The notes below the pieces were generated by a model, which was not told the DNA's origin, did no database searches, and saw nothing but the letters and a program-made list of their open reading frames with translations. A stretch of 62,400 nucleotides of DNA, counting the filler. It is 5 parts of 5 records of this genome, joined end to end, with 100 filler letters (N's around TTAATTAATTAA, not from the genome) between each part and the next. Parts side by side here need not be neighbours in the genome. Positions count along the whole stretch, not along the records: positions 58,002 to 62,400 come from SRR20825010_3714; 4 more parts are not named here. One strand, 5' to 3'. The position numbers and the translations under genes are program-made. Of this stretch, positions 58,474-62,400 are shown in pieces. Numbering within the stretch: the stretch's first letter is position 1; every line of letters starts with the position of its first letter.

Positions 58474-61400
58474 CACAGCATTTCCGGACAACGTTTGGCG
58501 GGCGCATTGACCGCAAGAAAGCGATCAATTTCACCTTGAACGGCCAGAAATATATCGGTTATGAAGGGGATACGCTTGCCTCGGCTTTGCTGGCGAATGG
58601 CGTGCATCTTCTGGGCCGCAGCTTCAAATATCACCGTCCGCGCGGCATCGTCGCGGCGGGCGCGGAAGAACCCAATTCCATGGTCCAGCTGGGGGAGGGC
58701 GCGACAACCGAGCCGAATATCCGTGCGACGCAAATTTCCCTTTATGAAGGGCTGACCGCGCGCAGCGTCAATGTCTGGCCAACTGTGGAGTTTGACATCA
58801 GCGCGATCAACGGCCTGTTCGCCAAGATCATGACGGCGGGTTTTTACAACAAGACCTTCATGTGGCCGCGTGCCATGTGGATGAAGCTCTATGAGCCGGT
58901 GATCCGCCGTGCGGCAGGTTGGGGCAAGGCGCCGACAACGGGCGATCCGGATATTTATGATCATATGCATCTCCATGTGGAGGTGATGGTCGTCGGCGGT
59001 GGTCCGGCGGGCCTGATGGCGGCGCTGGCGGCGGGACGTGCGGGCGCGCGGGTTCTGCTTGTCGATGAACAGAGCGAATTCGGCGGCAGTCTTCTTTCCA
59101 AAAAGCGTCAGATCGGAGCCAAGGACGAGATGGCCTGGATTGCTGACATGCTGGCGGAGCTGGAGGCTATGCCCGATGTTACGCTGCTCTCCCGTTCGAC
59201 CGCTTTTGGCTATTACGATCACAATTATCTCTGTGTGCTGGAACAGAAGACCGATCATCTGCCCGCCGCGGAGCGCAAGGGCAAGGTACGGCAACGGGTC
59301 TGGCATGTCCGCGCGGGGCAAGTGGTGCTCGCGACCGGAGCGCATGAGAGGCCGCTTGTTTTTGCGGATAATGACCGGCCGGGCATTATGCTGGCGGGCT
59401 CTGTGCAGACATATGTGAACCGTTACGGCGTGTTGCCGGGCAAGAAGATGGTGCTGTTCACCAATAATGATGCAGCTTATGAGACGGCAATCGACCTTCA
59501 GGCGGCAGGGGGCGATATCGCCGCCATCGTTGATAGTCGCGCCGAGCCAAGCGGTGAATTGGTAGAGGCGGTTCGCGCCCTAGATATCGAAATCCTCGCG
59601 GGCCATGCGATCACCGGGATCCGGGGCGGCAAACGGGTGGAGAGCGCCCAGGTGCGTGCGATCCAGAAGGGGGCGAAGGTCTATACGTCTGCTGCGCGTC
59701 GCATCGATTGCGACCTTGTCGCCATGTCCGGCGGATGGAGCCCGGTCGTGCATCTTTTCAGCCAGTCGCAGGGCCAGCTTGAATATAACGGGGAAAAGGC
59801 CTGCTTCCTCCCCGGAACAAAGCGTCAGGCGCAGCAGGTGGCGGGCGCGCTTGCCGGTGAGTTCACCCTGAAGGAATGTTTAGCGGGCGGCTATAAAGCG
59901 GGGGCGGATGCGGCGCGGGCAACCGGCTTCACCCCGAAACGCAAGCCCGCCGCGCCGGAAATCGATGAGCCGGCCTTGGGCGGAATAGAGCCGTTCTGGG
60001 TTGTGCCGGGCGCGCGTCCCATCGGCGAGGGGATGGCGAAGCATTTTGTCGATCTTCAGAACGACACCACGGCGGCGGATATCGAGCTTGCGGTGCGCGA
60101 AGGCTTTGAATCGGTCGAGCATATCAAGCGATATACCTTGACAGGCTTCGGCACGGATCAGGGGAAAACGTCGAATATCAACGCACTCGCTATCCTTTCG
60201 GGTATTCTCGATAAACCGATCCCGAAGGTCGGCACGACCACTTTTCGCCCGCCGTATACGCCGGTATCCTATGGCGCGCTGGCCGGACGCAATCTCGGCG
60301 ACTGGTCCGATCCGGTACGTATTACCAGTATTCATGACTGGCATGTCGAAAATGGTGCTCTTTTTGAGAATGTCGGTCAGTGGAAGCGCCCGTGGTATTT
60401 CCCGAAACCCGGCGAGACAATGCAGGACGCGCTCAATCGTGAATGTCTCGCGGTCCGGAACGGGGTTGGGGTTCTTGACGCGTCGACCTTGGGAAAAATT
60501 GATATTCGCGGGCCCGATGCGGCGGAGTTCCTGAACCGCATTTACACCAACGCATGGATGAAGCTCGGCATCGGGCGGGTGCGCTATGGCTTGATGTGTC
60601 ATGAGGATGGCATGGTCTTCGATGACGGCACGACGGCGCGCCTCGCAGAAGATCGCTTTCTGATGACGACAACCACCGGCGGCGCGGCCGGCGTTCTCGA
60701 CTGGCTGGAGGAATATCTGCAGACAGAATGGCCGGAGCTTAAAGTCTATTGCACTTCGGTCACTGAGCAATGGGCGACCGTCTCTATCACCGGACCGAAA
60801 GCGGGCGCACTTCTCAAAAAGCTCGCGCCGGAGATGGACCTTTCCTATGAAAATTTCCCGTTCCTTTCCTTCAAGGAAGGGGTTGTCGCGGGGATCGATG
60901 CCCGCGTTTTCCGGATCAGCTTCACCGGTGAGCTGACTTATGAGATTAACGTCCCCTGGGCCAACGGTCTCGCGCTATGGGAAGCGGTGATGGCGGCAGG
61001 CGAAGAGTTTGACATCGCACCCTACGGCACGGAAACGATGCATATCCTCCGCGCCGAGAAAGGCTTCATCATCGTCGGACAGGAGACGGACGGCACGACC
61101 ACACCGCAGGATCTCGGGATGGACTGGATCGTCTCCAAGGTGAAGCCGGACTTTATCGGTAAACGTTCCTACACGCGGAGCGATACGGCGCGCGCGGATC
61201 GCAAGCAGCTTGTTGGCCTGCTTACCGAGGCACCGGACGAGGTCCTGCCTGAAGGGGCGCAGCTTGTCTTTGATGCCAATGCGCCGAAGCCCATGCCGAT
61301 GATGGGCCATGTGACATCGAGCTATTACAGCGCGACCTTGGGGCGCTCTATCGCGCTTGCGCTTGTGAAAGGCGGCCATGAAAAAAAGGGTCAGAGAATA

Positions 61401-61487
61401 TTCGCCCCGCTCTTGGACAAGACGGTAACAGCGGAAATCGTCGATCCGGTTTTCTATGATAAGGAAGGGGAGCGGCTCAATGGCTGA
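58470..61487 (+). CDS. soxA: Sarcosine oxidase alpha subunit
   Basis: GDTLASALLANG..RSFKYHRPRG, VVGGGPAG, HIKRYT..GFGTDQGK, TTTFRPPY, C-terminal GcvT-like domain. Confidence 0.97.
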   Translation: MTQHFRTTFGGRIDRKKAINFTLNGQKYIGYEGDTLASALLANGVHLLGRSFKYHRPRGIVAAGAEEPNSMVQLGEGATTEPNIRATQISLYEGLTARSVNVWPTVEFDISAINGLFAKIMTAGFYNKTFMWPRAMWMKLYEPVIRRAAGWGKAPTTGDPDIYDHMHLHVEVMVVGGGPAGLMAALAAGRAGARVLLVDEQSEFGGSLLSKKRQIGAKDEMAWIADMLAELEAMPDVTLLSRSTAFGYYDHNYLCVLEQKTDHLPAAERKGKVRQRVWHVRAGQVVLATGAHERPLVFADNDRPGIMLAGSVQTYVNRYGVLPGKKMVLFTNNDAAYETAIDLQAAGGDIAAIVDSRAEPSGELVEAVRALDIEILAGHAITGIRGGKRVESAQVRAIQKGAKVYTSAARRIDCDLVAMSGGWSPVVHLFSQSQGQLEYNGEKACFLPGTKRQAQQVAGALAGEFTLKECLAGGYKAGADAARATGFTPKRKPAAPEIDEPALGGIEPFWVVPGARPIGEGMAKHFVDLQNDTTAADIELAVREGFESVEHIKRYTLTGFGTDQGKTSNINALAILSGILDKPIPKVGTTTFRPPYTPVSYGALAGRNLGDWSDPVRITSIHDWHVENGALFENVGQWKRPWYFPKPGETMQDALNRECLAVRNGVGVLDASTLGKIDIRGPDAAEFLNRIYTNAWMKLGIGRVRYGLMCHEDGMVFDDGTTARLAEDRFLMTTTTGGAAGVLDWLEEYLQTEWPELKVYCTSVTEQWATVSITGPKAGALLKKLAPEMDLSYENFPFLSFKEGVVAGIDARVFRISFTGELTYEINVPWANGLALWEAVMAAGEEFDIAPYGTETMHILRAEKGFIIVGQETDGTTTPQDLGMDWIVSKVKPDFIGKRSYTRSDTARADRKQLVGLLTEAPDEVLPEGAQLVFDANAPKPMPMMGHVTSSYYSATLGRSIALALVKGGHEKKGQRIFAPLLDKTVTAEIVDPVFYDKEGERLNG

Positions 61488-62049
61488 TAATGCGTCATGG
61501 ATCACCCCCGCGGCGGCCATCGCGGAGAGTTTCCCCGATGGCTTTTCCGAGCTTCGCCCATGTGCGCAAGTCAATTTGCGCGGAGACATTGCCGATTTGG
61601 CCTTTACGGACGCCGTGAAGTCGGTAACGGGCCTCACTCTGCCGGATATGCCAAACAAGGTGGCGACAGGCAAGGATTTCAAGGCGCTTTGGCTCTCGCC
61701 CGATGAATGGCTGCTGGTCGGCGAGGGCGACGCGGAAGCGCGCGTTCAATCGCTTGAAGACGCGCTCGCGGGGCAGCATGTCGCCGTCAATGATGTCAGC
61801 GCGAACCGGACGATATTTGAACTTTCGGGTCCGCATAGCCACCATGCACTGATGAAAAGTTCGGAATATGATTTTCATCCGCGCGTCTTCGCGCCCGGCG
61901 ACTGTGTCCAGACCTTGATCGCAAAATCTCAGGCTATTGTCGAGCAGGTGGGAGAAGACATGTTTCACATATATGTTCGCAGCTCTTTCAGCCGATATGT
62001 CGGCGGCTGGCTGGCTGAAGCCCTCGCGGAATATAACGAAGCACCCTGA
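61480..62049 (+). CDS. soxG: Sarcosine oxidase gamma subunit
   Basis: VNLRG, WLSPDEWL, DVS, DFHPRVF, YVRSSF; overlaps the soxA stop. Confidence 0.93.
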   Translation: MADNASWITPAAAIAESFPDGFSELRPCAQVNLRGDIADLAFTDAVKSVTGLTLPDMPNKVATGKDFKALWLSPDEWLLVGEGDAEARVQSLEDALAGQHVAVNDVSANRTIFELSGPHSHHALMKSSEYDFHPRVFAPGDCVQTLIAKSQAIVEQVGEDMFHIYVRSSFSRYVGGWLAEALAEYNEAP

Positions 62050-62159
62050 ATTTTTGGAATTTGTTGATTTACCCGAGATTTCTTTGGAATAAATGTGGAG
62101 TTGTGCCGTCGCTGCTGCTATGAAGAGGCAGTTAGAATTCCCAGACGATCCGTGAGGCC

Positions 62160-62400
62160 ATGTCCAAAACCATTGTTATGACAGCCCCCATTACCGGCGA
62201 GCTTGCCGATTTGGCGGACTTTACCTGCTCACTGGCGACGACCGCCGCTTCCGTCACCCGGTCCTATTTCCGCAAACCCATCGATGTCATCCAGAAAATG
62301 GATAAATCCCCGGTCACCATTGCCGACCGGGAATGCGAAGCGCGGATCCGTGAAATGATTACGGAGCGTTACCCGGGGCATGGCATCCTCGGTGAAGAAC
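62160..62400 (+). CDS. hisN: Inositol monophosphatase-family protein, probable histidinol-phosphatase (3' partial)
   Basis: ATG at 62160, open to the window end: TRSYFRKPIDVIQKMDKSPVTIADRECEARIREMITERYPGHGILGEE. Confidence 0.8.
   Translation, partial: MSKTIVMTAPITGELADLADFTCSLATTAASVTRSYFRKPIDVIQKMDKSPVTIADRECEARIREMITERYPGHGILGEE

Overview
This window is not one locus. It is five contigs joined by four artificial 100-nt spacers (N44-TTAATTAATTAA-N44) at 11416-11515, 30297-30396, 45165-45264 and 57902-58001, and the contigs appear to come from at least two phyla. Contig 1 (1-11415, alphaproteobacterial) carries a LysR/wrbA/yqjG quinone-detox module, an amidase, a NUDIX hydrolase, a degenerate flagellin-like gene, a methyltransferase, a kinase-less receiver-Hpt-receiver (Cle-like) operon, an alpha/beta hydrolase and a diiron ferritin-like enzyme. 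Contig 2 (11516-30296) and contig 4 (45265-57901) look planctomycete (Rhodopirellula-like). They carry a di-heme peroxidase, mutY, amtB, moeA/mobA, dgt, a PIN-TRAM protein, groES, an ABC module, rsmF, spoVG, ispE, lpxI, lpxD, glyQS, an lpxH-like gene and sdhCA. Contig 3 (30397-45164, alphaproteobacterial) is the gdhB ... ccrM-rnhB ... radical SAM ... glycosyltransferase pair-moaB-SLT-UDG-ETF-QO region. Contig 5 (58002-62400) is sarcosine oxidase soxBDAG plus the start of a hisN-like gene. I found no CRISPR array, RNA gene, transposase or phage gene. Most genes are housekeeping. The best leads are: (i) tandem NrdR-box-like sites 32 bp apart upstream of ccrM, one containing a CcrM GANTC target, plus a weaker pair upstream of rnhB; (ii) a flagellin-like protein lacking the polymerisation termini, near a receiver-Hpt-Cle-like c-di-GMP module; (iii) a perfect alphaproteobacterial LexA box on the radical SAM gene; (iv) a cuckoo-like anti-SD double hairpin in the wrbA 3' region; (v) an arsenosugar-type glycosyltransferase pair without arsS/arsM nearby. 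All family calls come from reading motifs by eye; no searches were run.
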